Positions 43,096-53,028 of a stretch of 64,000 nt of DNA are shown here, piece by piece. Position 1 is the first letter of the stretch, and the number at the start of each line of letters is the position of its first letter. The position numbers and the translations under genes were made by a program. Below the pieces are notes generated by a model. That model saw only the letters and a list, made by a program, of their open reading frames with translations, was not told where the DNA came from and searched no databases. This stretch comes from an uncultured Alphaproteobacteria bacterium (GTDB lineage Bacteria > Pseudomonadota > Alphaproteobacteria > Rs-D84), in the NCBI GenBank assembly GCA_947053455.1, contig CAMRSV010000002.1:57502-121501 (forward strand), in the 5' to 3' direction.

Positions 43096-43858
43096 ACGGT
43101 TTTGCCTTGAAATTCTCGCGGGCGGCGTTGATATTTTTCGCCTCGTCCGCGGCACGGCGGCCGTTATCGGTCAAATCAAGTGCACCGTAATATGCCGTCA
43201 TCATTGGATCGTAGGCATTACTGGTTGAAACCCATTTGTCCGACCCCGAATTTGGCGCGCCGTATTTATCCAGTACATTTTGCCAGAATGCAAGTATCTT
43301 TTTCTGACGCTGGTTTTCAAATTTTTCCGCGTCCCCTTCCAGTTCATTGACGTCATTGTTATATACAACACGCCATACCTGATTATCGGTCGCATTGCTG
43401 GTAAAGTAGACAGTTATTGTTTCGCCTGTGCTTTTGCGCACCAGATGCAATTCAGACGCATACAGCAATCCACGACTGCGCGCCAATGTATTTATACATT
43501 TTTCCAATTCGGATGGAACAAAAATATTCTGTTGCCGGCACTCGTAATCCAGATTGTATTTCCAATCCTTTTGGATCGTATAAACAATGCTGTTTTTTTC
43601 TCGCGGCGAATACAGACCGCCGCCATTGAAAAACAAGGTTTGAACATCTTCGAACGGCATCCCGAGCATAATGCCCGCAATATCAAACGAACCGACACCC
43701 GCGACACCTGCACCTTCATTTATCATAACGCCCGTCGATGTGACATCTACATCACCGCTGTCAACAATGGCAAAATTATTAAAGTCAAATGGGTCATCAT
43801 CCGCATATACAGGAAACGCAAGAAACGCCGCCAAAGAAAGTAATATTATTTTTTTCAT
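43085..43858 (-). CDS. Exported hypothetical protein
   Basis: Signal peptide; FDIAGIMLGM; KYGAP; coupled to neighbouring genes. Confidence 0.75.
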   Translation of the reverse strand: MKKIILLSLAAFLAFPVYADDDPFDFNNFAIVDSGDVDVTSTGVMINEGAGVAGVGSFDIAGIMLGMPFEDVQTLFFNGGGLYSPREKNSIVYTIQKDWKYNLDYECRQQNIFVPSELEKCINTLARSRGLLYASELHLVRKSTGETITVYFTSNATDNQVWRVVYNNDVNELEGDAEKFENQRQKKILAFWQNVLDKYGAPNSGSDKWVSTSNAYDPMMTAYYGALDLTDNGRRAADEAKNINAARENFKAKPYAF

Positions 43859-43870
43859 TATCGCCGCCCC

Positions 43871-44509
43871 TTATTGCACAATTGCATCATCAACCCTGAA
43901 ACGAAAAACCGCCGCCGGATCCCCGCCCGCTTCCAAGTAGCGTCCGACATCCATATCACGCCGAACGCCCGGCGCATCTATAACATTGAGAAAAATGCGC
44001 CCACGCGTAATTTCCGGCAATACATCAAAATTATTTGACGCGCGCCATGTCTTCAATTCATATTCCACAATCCAGTAATCACTGTTGTCATCTAGTTTAT
44101 AAATTTCATCAAAAACACGGACGGTACGCAATCCCTTATTATCGGCAATTTCTTGAATTACTTCAGCCTCTGTATCCGTCCACTTGTCAAAGACAGCCCG
44201 CGATGACATTCGGCGTAATGCGGTTTGCCCCGCCACGCGGCGCGCAATGTCTTCGGTATCTGGGTTTGCATAAAAATATTCAACAACATACTTTTTTATC
44301 AGCATGTCGCGTATTGTCGAATTCCCCAATTCGGCGTAACTCTGCGGTGCACCGGGACGCATAGCAGACTGATTGTTAACCTGGAAAAAATATGGTTCGA
44401 CCGTTTGCTTTTGCGCCGCGTCATATATTGCCCCCGTCAAGAACATGGCCGCAAACATCAGACCAATCAACACAATTCCCAAAAAAAGCGTCACCAGTTT
44501 TTTCATCAA
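43871..44509 (-). CDS. VirB8/TrbF-like bitopic protein
   Basis: Single TM, V.PYF, 'KKYVVEY', 'RMSSRAVF..W', 'WIVEY', terminal F.F.V. Confidence 0.55.
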   Translation of the reverse strand: MMKKLVTLFLGIVLIGLMFAAMFLTGAIYDAAQKQTVEPYFFQVNNQSAMRPGAPQSYAELGNSTIRDMLIKKYVVEYFYANPDTEDIARRVAGQTALRRMSSRAVFDKWTDTEAEVIQEIADNKGLRTVRVFDEIYKLDDNSDYWIVEYELKTWRASNNFDVLPEITRGRIFLNVIDAPGVRRDMDVGRYLEAGGDPAAVFRFRVDDAIVQ

Positions 44510-45201
44510 CTTATCTTGTATGCATTAAAATCCGCAATGTAAAAGCCCATATATTGTGGATAAGATTTGATATTCCGTGCCACCTTGGCAAATGCAATAA
44601 TATTTATCGGCGCAGAAACATTTGACCGCACACTGACATTTATGCGCCATGTGCCACCATCTTCACCGATACTGCCGAATGGCGATATATCAATTGTATC
44701 AGCATCAACAACCCACTTTTCCCCATTGGCTGCCCGCAACTGATAGTCCGGCACAATGTCATATATAAATCGCGAAAATATATCTTCGCCGGTTGCACAA
44801 TATATCGCACATGATTTGTCGCCATATGGTACATCACGCCGACTGTCACATTCCTTTGTCCGGTCGCATGTCAGCCACAAAGACTCGTTTTGCGCCGAAT
44901 TAGCAGATATTGAAAACCAATTCTGGACAAAATGTACAATGGCCGCCTCCTGTAAAGCGCGAGTCGCGGCCAGCGTCTTTTGCCCATGGTCATGCCCAAC
45001 CAATTGCCATTGGCCAGTATAACTGTTCACCGAAACCAAAAACGGGTGCACACGGCCAGAACGTGCGACCCACAGTAACATACCGCACACAAATACAATC
45101 AATAAAAACGCCACCATTGCGCCAATTGCCATCACGCGGGCAATGGCCGTCGGCCTGCCCGCGGGAAACGCCGGTGTTTCAAAATCGTCTGGATAATTCA
45201 A
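44506..45201 (-). CDS. VirB8-like bitopic protein
   Basis: Single TM, 'VHPFLVSVNSYTG', 'EA.I..FV', terminal 'MGFYIADF'. Confidence 0.6.
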   Translation of the reverse strand: MNYPDDFETPAFPAGRPTAIARVMAIGAMVAFLLIVFVCGMLLWVARSGRVHPFLVSVNSYTGQWQLVGHDHGQKTLAATRALQEAAIVHFVQNWFSISANSAQNESLWLTCDRTKECDSRRDVPYGDKSCAIYCATGEDIFSRFIYDIVPDYQLRAANGEKWVVDADTIDISPFGSIGEDGGTWRINVSVRSNVSAPINIIAFAKVARNIKSYPQYMGFYIADFNAYKIS

Positions 45202-45237
45202 TTATTCCCCCGATTACGTATAGAACAAAAACCGTTC

Positions 45238-45384
45238 TTACGCTTGGTACACCATTATGCATGCACATGGACTTAATTTTAATTCGTTATTATCGTATCC
45301 AACACCGACCGGTTCACGGTCATACACCTGGCCGCACCCGGCCAAGGCCAATACAACAAACACGCCCAAAATAATTTTTTTCAT
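45238..45384 (-). CDS. Small lipoprotein, VirB7-sized (not in ORF track)
   Basis: Hand translation MKKIILGVFVVLALAGCGQVYDREPVGVGYDNNELKLSPCACIMVYQA*; LAGC lipobox; AAGGGG RBS. Confidence 0.75.
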   Translation of the reverse strand: MKKIILGVFVVLALAGCGQVYDREPVGVGYDNNELKLSPCACIMVYQA

Positions 45385-45504
45385 ATGTGCTTTCCCCTTT
45401 CCTATATATCTATAATCAAATTATAAAAAAATTGCAACCACGCGGTCAAGTCCAAAAGGGGTCAATCCTATAAAAATATTGACACACGGAAAAATTATAC
45501 TAGA

Positions 45505-46452
45505 ATGCGCCTTAATACACAAAAAAAAAATGTAAATAAAATGCAAGACAATATATCAGTACCATATTATGACAACTTTTATCAGATTACAGACCGTCGT
45601 GGGCGGCCACTGACGAATATTTATTGGTCACAAACAAACATAGACACACCGTCTGTCGGAACAATATACCTTATTCACGGTTACGGCGGCAGCCCGATTG
45701 AACCATGTATGAAAATACCAATGCATGCAGCACTAAAAAATGGATTTGATGTCGTCGCGATTGAGGGCGCGGCCCTGTCCGCGACATATGATTTCAAAAA
45801 AGATGTAACCAGAATGAACCTGGCGCGTCAAAAATCCGCCATATTTGAAGGATTGAATTTCTGTAAAGAAATGCCTGGAATAAATCATAAAAATCGCATT
45901 GCATGGTCTCATTCGCTGTCATGTCGCGCACTGTCCGACATGATTGTCGCCAAAGAACCAGTAAAAAGCTTTTTTAATGAACTTGTCCTGAACAATCCGT
46001 ATTTCCTGCCACCAAGCCGGGTAATAAAAACGCGGGAACGGTTGATGCAGCGTGACCCCACCGGGAAAATGTGGCAATCGGCGCTAAATCGCATGTCAAT
46101 GCAAAGACGACAAATTGAAAACATAGAATTCAAAATACCGACATGTCTACAAAATCTAACGGTTCCATTACCGCGCGATTGGGCCGAATTGGATGGCAAT
46201 CTGCCCAGTATTGCCAAACGTATGTCCAAGTTTGTCGACAGCCTGCACATATCGTTTGTTCTGGGAACGGCTGATGACATGGCAGAATATGCACAAAATG
46301 TCCAAATATTCAACGAATTAAAGGTATCAAATAAAAATTTGATATCCATAGACGGCGCGAACCACTTGTTTGAAAACAAACTGGATGAATACGAAAACAA
46401 TGTAAATATAATTTTGAGTCGTATAAAGACCAAGTATTTAAATGAAAAATAA
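45505..46452 (+). CDS. Alpha/beta hydrolase
   Basis: LIHGYGG, WSHSLS nucleophile elbow, G..DD, GANHLF. Confidence 0.75.
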   Translation: MRLNTQKKNVNKMQDNISVPYYDNFYQITDRRGRPLTNIYWSQTNIDTPSVGTIYLIHGYGGSPIEPCMKIPMHAALKNGFDVVAIEGAALSATYDFKKDVTRMNLARQKSAIFEGLNFCKEMPGINHKNRIAWSHSLSCRALSDMIVAKEPVKSFFNELVLNNPYFLPPSRVIKTRERLMQRDPTGKMWQSALNRMSMQRRQIENIEFKIPTCLQNLTVPLPRDWAELDGNLPSIAKRMSKFVDSLHISFVLGTADDMAEYAQNVQIFNELKVSNKNLISIDGANHLFENKLDEYENNVNIILSRIKTKYLNEK

Positions 46453-46478
46453 AAAACGCGGAATTTCCGCGTTTTTTA

Positions 46479-48767
46479 TTAAAACTGTGTTTCAAACGAC
46501 AGCAGGAATCGCTGTTCCCGGTCGTAATCGTTTAGTTTCAACGGCCATCCCCAACTAAAATTCATCGGCCCCATTGGTGTATTCCAATAAATTCCAACAC
46601 CAACGCTGGTTCGTATATCCTGGTCTATGTAATTATTACGGCATCCATAATATGGGTGACAAAATGTCTTTTCCTCATGCGGAGGTTTACCCAAAATACC
46701 GTAATCCGCAAAAACAAATCCCTTTATCTGATATTCGTCGGGGATAAATATCGGGAAATTCAACTGCGTCGACCCGTTCAATTTCCACAATCCCCCCAAG
46801 GAGTACGTCTGATATGCCCAGTTTCGCGAGCCGACACCGGCAATATCAAATCCGCGCAATGTTTCACCGCCCAAGAAATAACGGTACACACGCGATATAT
46901 ATTCACCACCGACCGAATGCAACATCCCGAAATCAAGCGACGAACGCAATTGCCAACGGTCATCCCAGAATTTAACCATTCCGATAATATCCGCGGTATA
47001 ACGCATATAGCTTTCCGTACCCCCAAAACCGGTGTAGGATATACCCAAATTACTTACTATACCAGTATGTGTGTTCTGTTGAAAATTTGTATCAAGATTG
47101 TAATAACGGAAACTGGTGCCAATCGTAAATAAATTCGCCGCATGCCAATCGCCACCCAATTGTAAATCATAATTCTGATCAAACGCCGCCGACAAACGCA
47201 CACTCTGCGTCCAATGATCAGTCAGACGCCACCCCATGCGTCCCGCAATGGTCAAGGAATCGCGGTCATAACCGAAACTGCCCAATGACGAATAATCATA
47301 CATTGTGTACGACACGTCAACCCCAGCCGACAACGGACGGCCAAACAAATATGGTTCTGTAAAACTAAACAATGCCTGTTTTTGATACTGGGCAATGGAA
47401 CCGCGCAGTTGTACAACTTGACCGCGGCCCATAAAATTACTTTCCGTAATACCGGCGTCAACCATAAATCCATTTATGTTTGACCAACCGAAACCACCGG
47501 ATAATTCACCGGTTGGCTGTTCTTCAACCTTGATATCCAGATTCATCATATTTGCATCCGCGATACGCGTCGGGACAATCTGAACATCCTTAAAATAACG
47601 TGTACGCATCAGGTTCTGGCGCGTTTCTTCAATCGTCTGCAGTGAAAACGGGTCGCCCGGCCGCATTGGCGTCAATTGTTCAATAACACTATCAAATGTG
47701 CGAACATTTCCTAAAATATTTATGGAATTTATGTAAATTCGGTTCGTTTTTTTTATTTTAAATTTTAAATCAATCGTGCGCGCATCATCGTTCTTTTTTG
47801 CATCCGGTTCAACACTGATGAACGCGTAACCATGATCGCCGACCATGCCGCGCATTGCGGAAATAGTTTCCTCGACCTTGTCAATGTTGTAAACATCGCC
47901 GGTCTTCATTTTTATTATTTCCATCAACTTTTCATCCGGTACGTCCGGAAACGGATTGTCAATCGAAAGCGTGCCGAATTTATAAACCGGCCCCTCGTCC
48001 ACGGTAAAGGTAACCGAATAGTACTGACGGTCAGGCGTAAAGACGCCATTTGCGTTTTTAACCTGAAAATCAACATGACCATTGCGCATATAGAATTGAC
48101 GCAACATTTGCTGATCATATTGGATTCTGTCTTCATCAAACACATCAAACTGCGTCATAAAACGCCACCAGGCATGTTCACGTGACAATATTTCACCGCG
48201 CAGCGTCTTGTCACTAAATTTCTTATTCCCCTCAAAATCAATATTGGTGATGTACGTCGGATGACCTTCGGTGATTTCATACACAACATTGACACGATTG
48301 TCGCCCTGGTTTATTTTCTTTGGGTTAATGCGCGTGCCAAAATAACCCTTGCGTTGATAAATTACCAACATGCGCTGCACATCAGAACCGATTACGGATT
48401 CATCATAAGATGCGCGTTCCTTTAGCCGTATTTCTTTTTTTAGATCATCTGTTGAAACTTTGTCGTTACCCTCGACCGTCACCATACCGACAATGGGTGC
48501 CTCTGCCACATCTATTTTCAGGACATTTCCAGACATATATACATTTATTTTTGAGAAACATCCGCTTTCCTGTAGCTTCTTGGCAATTTGATTTGTGCGT
48601 TCTGCGCCGACATTTTCACCAACTTTTACATCAGATAAAATACGGATTGATTCCGCATCCATACGACTGTTGCCGGCAACATCAATTCTGGAAACCGTTG
48701 CGCCGTACGTCGGCGCAAACGCCATAATGGAACATACAATAAATAATAACCCAGATTCTTTTTTCAT
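46479..48767 (-). CDS. bamA: Outer membrane protein assembly factor BamA
   Basis: POTRA repeats, EQPTGEL, LRGF, TPMGP, terminal F. Confidence 0.95.
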   Translation of the reverse strand: MKKESGLLFIVCSIMAFAPTYGATVSRIDVAGNSRMDAESIRILSDVKVGENVGAERTNQIAKKLQESGCFSKINVYMSGNVLKIDVAEAPIVGMVTVEGNDKVSTDDLKKEIRLKERASYDESVIGSDVQRMLVIYQRKGYFGTRINPKKINQGDNRVNVVYEITEGHPTYITNIDFEGNKKFSDKTLRGEILSREHAWWRFMTQFDVFDEDRIQYDQQMLRQFYMRNGHVDFQVKNANGVFTPDRQYYSVTFTVDEGPVYKFGTLSIDNPFPDVPDEKLMEIIKMKTGDVYNIDKVEETISAMRGMVGDHGYAFISVEPDAKKNDDARTIDLKFKIKKTNRIYINSINILGNVRTFDSVIEQLTPMRPGDPFSLQTIEETRQNLMRTRYFKDVQIVPTRIADANMMNLDIKVEEQPTGELSGGFGWSNINGFMVDAGITESNFMGRGQVVQLRGSIAQYQKQALFSFTEPYLFGRPLSAGVDVSYTMYDYSSLGSFGYDRDSLTIAGRMGWRLTDHWTQSVRLSAAFDQNYDLQLGGDWHAANLFTIGTSFRYYNLDTNFQQNTHTGIVSNLGISYTGFGGTESYMRYTADIIGMVKFWDDRWQLRSSLDFGMLHSVGGEYISRVYRYFLGGETLRGFDIAGVGSRNWAYQTYSLGGLWKLNGSTQLNFPIFIPDEYQIKGFVFADYGILGKPPHEEKTFCHPYYGCRNNYIDQDIRTSVGVGIYWNTPMGPMNFSWGWPLKLNDYDREQRFLLSFETQF

Positions 48768-48768
48768 A

Positions 48769-49827
48769 TCAGTTCAATCCAAATACGCGCGCCAAATCAT
48801 TCCACATGGTCAATACGAACAATGCACCAATCAACAGCCATCCGCACGCAAATACAATTTCCATTCCACGCCCGCCAAGTTTGCGACGGGTAACCCCCTC
48901 TATTATCAATATCAACAGATATCCCCCATCCAAAACCGGCAACGGCAACAAATTTATAACACCCAAGTTAACAGATATCAATGCAATTATTGATAAAAAG
49001 GCAAACAATCCCATCGCCATGGCCTTGCCAGATTCCTCTGCAATTGTTATAAACGAGCCTAACTGCTTTGACGAACGTTCGCCAGTCACGATTTGCTTTA
49101 ACACAACAAGAAGTGTTTTGGAACGCTTGTACGTTTCACGTGCGCCGGAATATAACGCGCCGAAAAATCCCTTTTTGCGGAATTCAGTTTTGCTGCCGTC
49201 TGCAATCAACCCCCAGCGTTCTGCAGGCGCCAATTTTACCTGAACCAGTTTTTCACCGCGCACAATCAGAACATTCGCATTTCGGTTTGACGCCACTTCT
49301 TTGGCAATAATCAGTTCACCCCAGTTTGTAATCCTTGCCTCATCAATACGGACAATTGTATCACCGGGTTTTACACCTGCATTAAATGCAACAGATTCCT
49401 GAATAACTTGGCCTACAACCGGCAATTGAACATTCTTTGGTTGAAACATAAACAACGCCGAATAAATCCCCCATGCCAAAAGAAAGTTCATTGTGACACC
49501 GGCAATGAAAATTATAAATTGTTTCCATGCAGGCACAGACAGAAAATGTCCTTTTTTCTTGGCGGCGGGCAATTCATTGTATTTCTTGCGGTCAAACATA
49601 TCCTCCTGGCCATAGATTGACACAAAGCCCCCCAGCGGCAATGCCGCCAACTGCCACTGTGTGCCATGGCGGTCATGCCATTTGATTAGCGCCGGTCCAA
49701 ACCCAATGGAAAAGGTATTTACACGAACCCCGGCCCAACGCGCCGCCATAAAATGCCCCAGTTCATGAACAAACACCACAACACCCAATACAACCAGCAG
49801 TGCGATAATGGTTAAAATGATATGCAT
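48769..49827 (-). CDS. rseP: RIP metalloprotease RseP
   Basis: HELGH, FSIGFG, PDZ, NLLPLPVLDGG. Confidence 0.95.
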   Translation of the reverse strand: MHIILTIIALLVVLGVVVFVHELGHFMAARWAGVRVNTFSIGFGPALIKWHDRHGTQWQLAALPLGGFVSIYGQEDMFDRKKYNELPAAKKKGHFLSVPAWKQFIIFIAGVTMNFLLAWGIYSALFMFQPKNVQLPVVGQVIQESVAFNAGVKPGDTIVRIDEARITNWGELIIAKEVASNRNANVLIVRGEKLVQVKLAPAERWGLIADGSKTEFRKKGFFGALYSGARETYKRSKTLLVVLKQIVTGERSSKQLGSFITIAEESGKAMAMGLFAFLSIIALISVNLGVINLLPLPVLDGGYLLILIIEGVTRRKLGGRGMEIVFACGWLLIGALFVLTMWNDLARVFGLN

Positions 49828-49890
49828 GTGTCCCCTTTCCTTTTGTTAAAAATGCCACAAATAAAATACGCTGTCATCCCATGTTAGTAA

Positions 49891-50541
49891 TCATAATGTC
49901 ACCAGCCATATAATCGGCAGCACATAAATCCAGCCATCAAATCTGTCTAGCAGACCGCCATGTCCCGGAATCAGGCGGCCAAAATCCTTGATTCCCATGC
50001 GGCGTTTTATCATGCTTGCGGTCAAGTCGCCATACTGACTAAACAGCGCGACACTTATTCCAATCCACATCAATTGCGGCATAAACATGTCCGTCCCCAG
50101 CAGCCCATACATAACCGCCGCCAGTGTTCCGCATATAATGCCCGCAATCTGACCCGACCATGTTTTGCCCGCGGACAATCGTTCCCACATTTTATCACCG
50201 CCAATCAATTTTCCAAACGCCCACGCGCCGATGTCCGCCGCCCCGATAATCAACAACAGCAGTAATATAATCCATGGCCGCGCGCCAATAAAATATGCAG
50301 CCGCCAACATAACAAACAACCATGCGACAAAGCCACCAAACACCCACATGTTTCTACCGCGCCTACGCACGTCACGGGGCGTGCGATAAAGGCACCACAA
50401 CATTTCAGCAATCATACCAACCACAATCAGCACTGATAACACGCGCACGGCTGGTAATCCGAAATACTGCAAAACCGCGACCCCACCGGCAATCAGTAAC
50501 ATAAATGCACCTGCAATGATTCTCTGTGTTGTATTTGACAT
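49891..50541 (-). CDS. cdsA: Phosphatidate cytidylyltransferase
   Basis: DIGA, S.GKTWSG, GDL..S.IKR..GIKD.G..IPGHGG.LDRFD. Confidence 0.93.
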   Translation of the reverse strand: MSNTTQRIIAGAFMLLIAGGVAVLQYFGLPAVRVLSVLIVVGMIAEMLWCLYRTPRDVRRRGRNMWVFGGFVAWLFVMLAAAYFIGARPWIILLLLLIIGAADIGAWAFGKLIGGDKMWERLSAGKTWSGQIAGIICGTLAAVMYGLLGTDMFMPQLMWIGISVALFSQYGDLTASMIKRRMGIKDFGRLIPGHGGLLDRFDGWIYVLPIIWLVTL

Positions 50542-50551
50542 ATCATATACC

Positions 50552-51319
50552 TTATTTTTTCTTTCCGGCATAGTTCGCCTTTTTACCGCCGCCAAAGCGC
50601 CGGTTGCGTTTTGAAAATTCATTTAACGTGAATTGCCATAACTTTTCACTCTTTACAAAATCAGGCCAGTGTTCCGGTATAAACAGCAATTCTGCATACG
50701 CCAATTTCCACAACATGAAATTTGAAAGGCGGAATTCATTACTGGTTCGAACCATCAAATCCACCGGCAATAAATCACTAGTATCCATAAAGGTTTCAAA
50801 TGTATCGCGGTCAACCGGTTTTCCCGCAGCGATTGCTGCGTTTACGGCATCAACAATTTCGTCGCGCCCACCATAATTCAATGCAAAAACGACCGTACCA
50901 CCGGTGTTTTCAGCAGACGATTCTTCCAATTTGTCGCACAAGTCTGCCAATTTTTTAGGCAAACGCGCACGCGATCCAACAACTCGATACCGCAGATTTT
51001 TTTCAACCGCGTGTTTCATGTTCTTTTTCAATTCGCTATAGAACAATCCCATCAGGTAATCAACTTCTTCCTTGGAACGGTTCCAGTTTTCTGTCGAAAA
51101 AATCCAAAACGTGACGGTTGACACACCATGCGATATGAACCAATCAACCAGATTTTCAAAATTGGCAATTCCTGCCTTGTGTCCCAATAGCGGTGGCAAC
51201 CCGCGATTTTCCGCCCACCGGCGGTTTCCATCACAAATAAACGCAACATGCTGCGGAATTTTCGGCGTCGCATGTGTCGCGGTCTTTTTCTTTAGAAACT
51301 TAAACATTTCGTATCCCAT
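50552..51319 (-). CDS. uppS: Undecaprenyl diphosphate synthase
   Basis: PQHVAFICDGNRRWA, FSTENW.R, NYGGR.EI, RTS.E.RLSNF, RRFGG. Confidence 0.95.
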   Translation of the reverse strand: MGYEMFKFLKKKTATHATPKIPQHVAFICDGNRRWAENRGLPPLLGHKAGIANFENLVDWFISHGVSTVTFWIFSTENWNRSKEEVDYLMGLFYSELKKNMKHAVEKNLRYRVVGSRARLPKKLADLCDKLEESSAENTGGTVVFALNYGGRDEIVDAVNAAIAAGKPVDRDTFETFMDTSDLLPVDLMVRTSNEFRLSNFMLWKLAYAELLFIPEHWPDFVKSEKLWQFTLNEFSKRNRRFGGGKKANYAGKKK

Positions 51320-51328
51320 GTTGCCTGA

Positions 51329-51889
51329 TTAAACGGACATAATGTCGTTTTCTTTTTGCTTGGCCAGTGCGTCAACTTCCGCTGCACGCGCATCAAATAC
51401 CTTTTGAATATCATCTTCAAATTTACGCTGATCGTCTTCGGAAATTTCCTTTTCCGTGACGGCGCGTTTGATTTTACCCATTGCATCTTGGCGAATATTG
51501 CGCATAGAAATCTTGGCTTCTTCGGCATATTTGCCAGACACCTTGACCAATTCCTTGCGACGTTCTTCGGTCAGTGGCGGCAGATTCAGGCGAATAACCC
51601 CACCGGCAGTCATTGGATTCAAACCCAATCCCGAATCACGTATTGCCTTTTCCACAGCGGCAGCGTTTGATGCATCCCATACGGTCACGGACAGTGTCTG
51701 GTTATCTGGTGCAGAAACCGTCGCCACCTGGTTCAAAGGCATATCTGCGCCATAAACCGGCACACGCACCCCATCCAACAAATGCACAGACGCACGTCCC
51801 GTGCGCAATCCGGCGAATTCATTTTTCAAAACTTCGATTGTTTGCAATGTTTTTTGTTCGATTTCGGCCTTTAGGGCTTGATAATCCAT
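51329..51889 (-). CDS. frr: Ribosome recycling factor
   Basis: LRTGRAS, LGLNP, PPLTEERRKEL. Confidence 0.97.
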   Translation of the reverse strand: MDYQALKAEIEQKTLQTIEVLKNEFAGLRTGRASVHLLDGVRVPVYGADMPLNQVATVSAPDNQTLSVTVWDASNAAAVEKAIRDSGLGLNPMTAGGVIRLNLPPLTEERRKELVKVSGKYAEEAKISMRNIRQDAMGKIKRAVTEKEISEDDQRKFEDDIQKVFDARAAEVDALAKQKENDIMSV

Positions 51890-51969
51890 ATTTATCTCCT
51901 TGAGTTAAAAAAAGATTAGCAAATTGATTTGACATTTGGCAAGAAGAAATATAGAATACAAATCCGCAT

Positions 51970-52045
51970 GGGGTTGTAGCTCAGTTGGTAGAGCACTTGC
52001 ATGGCATGCAAGGGGTCGTCGGTTCGAGTCCGATCAGCTCCACCA
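51970..52045 (+). tRNA. tRNA-Ala(GGC)
   Basis: G3:U70 pair; CTTGC-ATGGCAT-GCAAG anticodon arm; CCA. Confidence 0.96.
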
Positions 52046-52057
52046 AGAATGCAGTAT

Positions 52058-52135
52058 GGCGGGTGTAGCTCAGTTGGTTAGAGCACCGGTTTGTGGTACC
52101 GGTTGTCGCCGGTTCGAATCCGGTCACCCGCCCCA
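52058..52135 (+). tRNA. tRNA-His(GTG) with G-1 and C73
   Basis: G-GCGGGTG..CACCCGC-C-CCA; CCGGT-TTGTGGT-ACCGG arm. Confidence 0.95.
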
Positions 52136-52370
52136 TTAAGAAAGCCGCCGTTTGGCGGATTTTTTAATGGGTATGCGGTACCGTGATGCGAAACGGCGAA
52201 AAAAAGCCGGTCGAACCGCAGCACAAAGGCGGATGCAAATACGCCGGTTTGCCCGTCGGGCAAATTGTGCAAGGTGACGAAGTAATCCGGTCACCCGCCC
52301 CATTAAGAAAGCCGCCGTTTGGCGTTTTTTTTAATGGGTATGCGGTACCGTGATGCGAAACGGCGAAAAA
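52117..52370 (+). repeat. About 87-bp direct repeat containing the tRNA-His 3' end (52117-52203 and 52284-52370)
   Basis: aatccggtcacccgccccattaagaaagccgccgtttggcg...gcgaaacggcgaaaaa occurs twice, period 167 bp. Confidence 0.9.
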
Positions 52371-52388
52371 GCTGCGCAAACAAACGAA

Positions 52389-52426
52389 AAATAAACCAAC
52401 GCCCCGTTTGGGGCGTTGGTTTATTT
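52389..52426. terminator. Long perfect hairpin, bidirectional terminator between tRNAs and the phage-like module
   Basis: AAATAAACCAACGCCCC-gttt-GGGGCGTTGGTTTATTT. Confidence 0.8.
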
Positions 52427-52510
52427 CAACCTAATTTTTCGTTTACTGTCCAATGCGTATTTATAACACTCTAAAACGGATTAAAAACGGAAATTTAAAA
52501 TTACGGCGTC

Positions 52511-52768
52511 CTATTTTATAACCGCCGTCTTAATAAGCGTGACATCTTCTTTTATTCCGTCGATTTTCGACTGCAATTGGCCAATACCGGTTTCAAGTAT
52601 CGTAGTCCGCGTTTCCAGCGCAGCTATACGGCTATCGGCACGTTCCAATTCCGCTAATGATGAATCTTGGCGTGCAACCCAGTAAATCAGCCCGGCGACA
52701 AACGCAATCAAAAACCAACTGTCGCGCAGAAAATCAACCACGCCCATAAAATTTTGTTCATTTGACAT
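52511..52768 (-). CDS. Small TM plus coiled-coil protein (holin/XhlA-like?)
   Basis: One TM (SWFLIAFVAGLIYW) followed by heptads; last gene of the module. Confidence 0.5.
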   Translation of the reverse strand: MSNEQNFMGVVDFLRDSWFLIAFVAGLIYWVARQDSSLAELERADSRIAALETRTTILETGIGQLQSKIDGIKEDVTLIKTAVIK

Positions 52769-52821
52769 TACGTTCTGCAAAACGCGCCGCCGATACAGAT
52801 ACAACCGGCGGCGCGAAAAGA

Positions 52822-53013
52822 TTACTTGCCCCTCTCTATTAAATGCTCAATCTGGTGAACCAGGGCGCGCTGTGCTTCCAGACCACGCAATTCCGCGTCC
52901 GAAGCACCCGGCCCCAACACCCGTTCAATTGTTATGCGGCGCAAATGCTGCATAACTGCACTACCCGCGGCCGTCGCAAAGGCTCGGGCAAAATTTTGTT
53001 CTATATCTCGCAT
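52822..53013 (-). CDS. Small phage protein (BPP-1 Bbp19-like)
   Basis: FARAF...G..V..HLR..T...L...E.QR.LV..I; typical position immediately after a portal gene. Confidence 0.7.
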   Translation of the reverse strand: MRDIEQNFARAFATAAGSAVMQHLRRITIERVLGPGASDAELRGLEAQRALVHQIEHLIERGK

Positions 53014-53028
53014 TTATTTTCCCTTTGT

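Noticed and set aside
52078-52379. Small ORFs over tRNA-His and its repeat, and the many antisense shadow ORFs
   Set aside because: They overlap tRNAs or well-supported genes on the other strand and lack motifs or RBS
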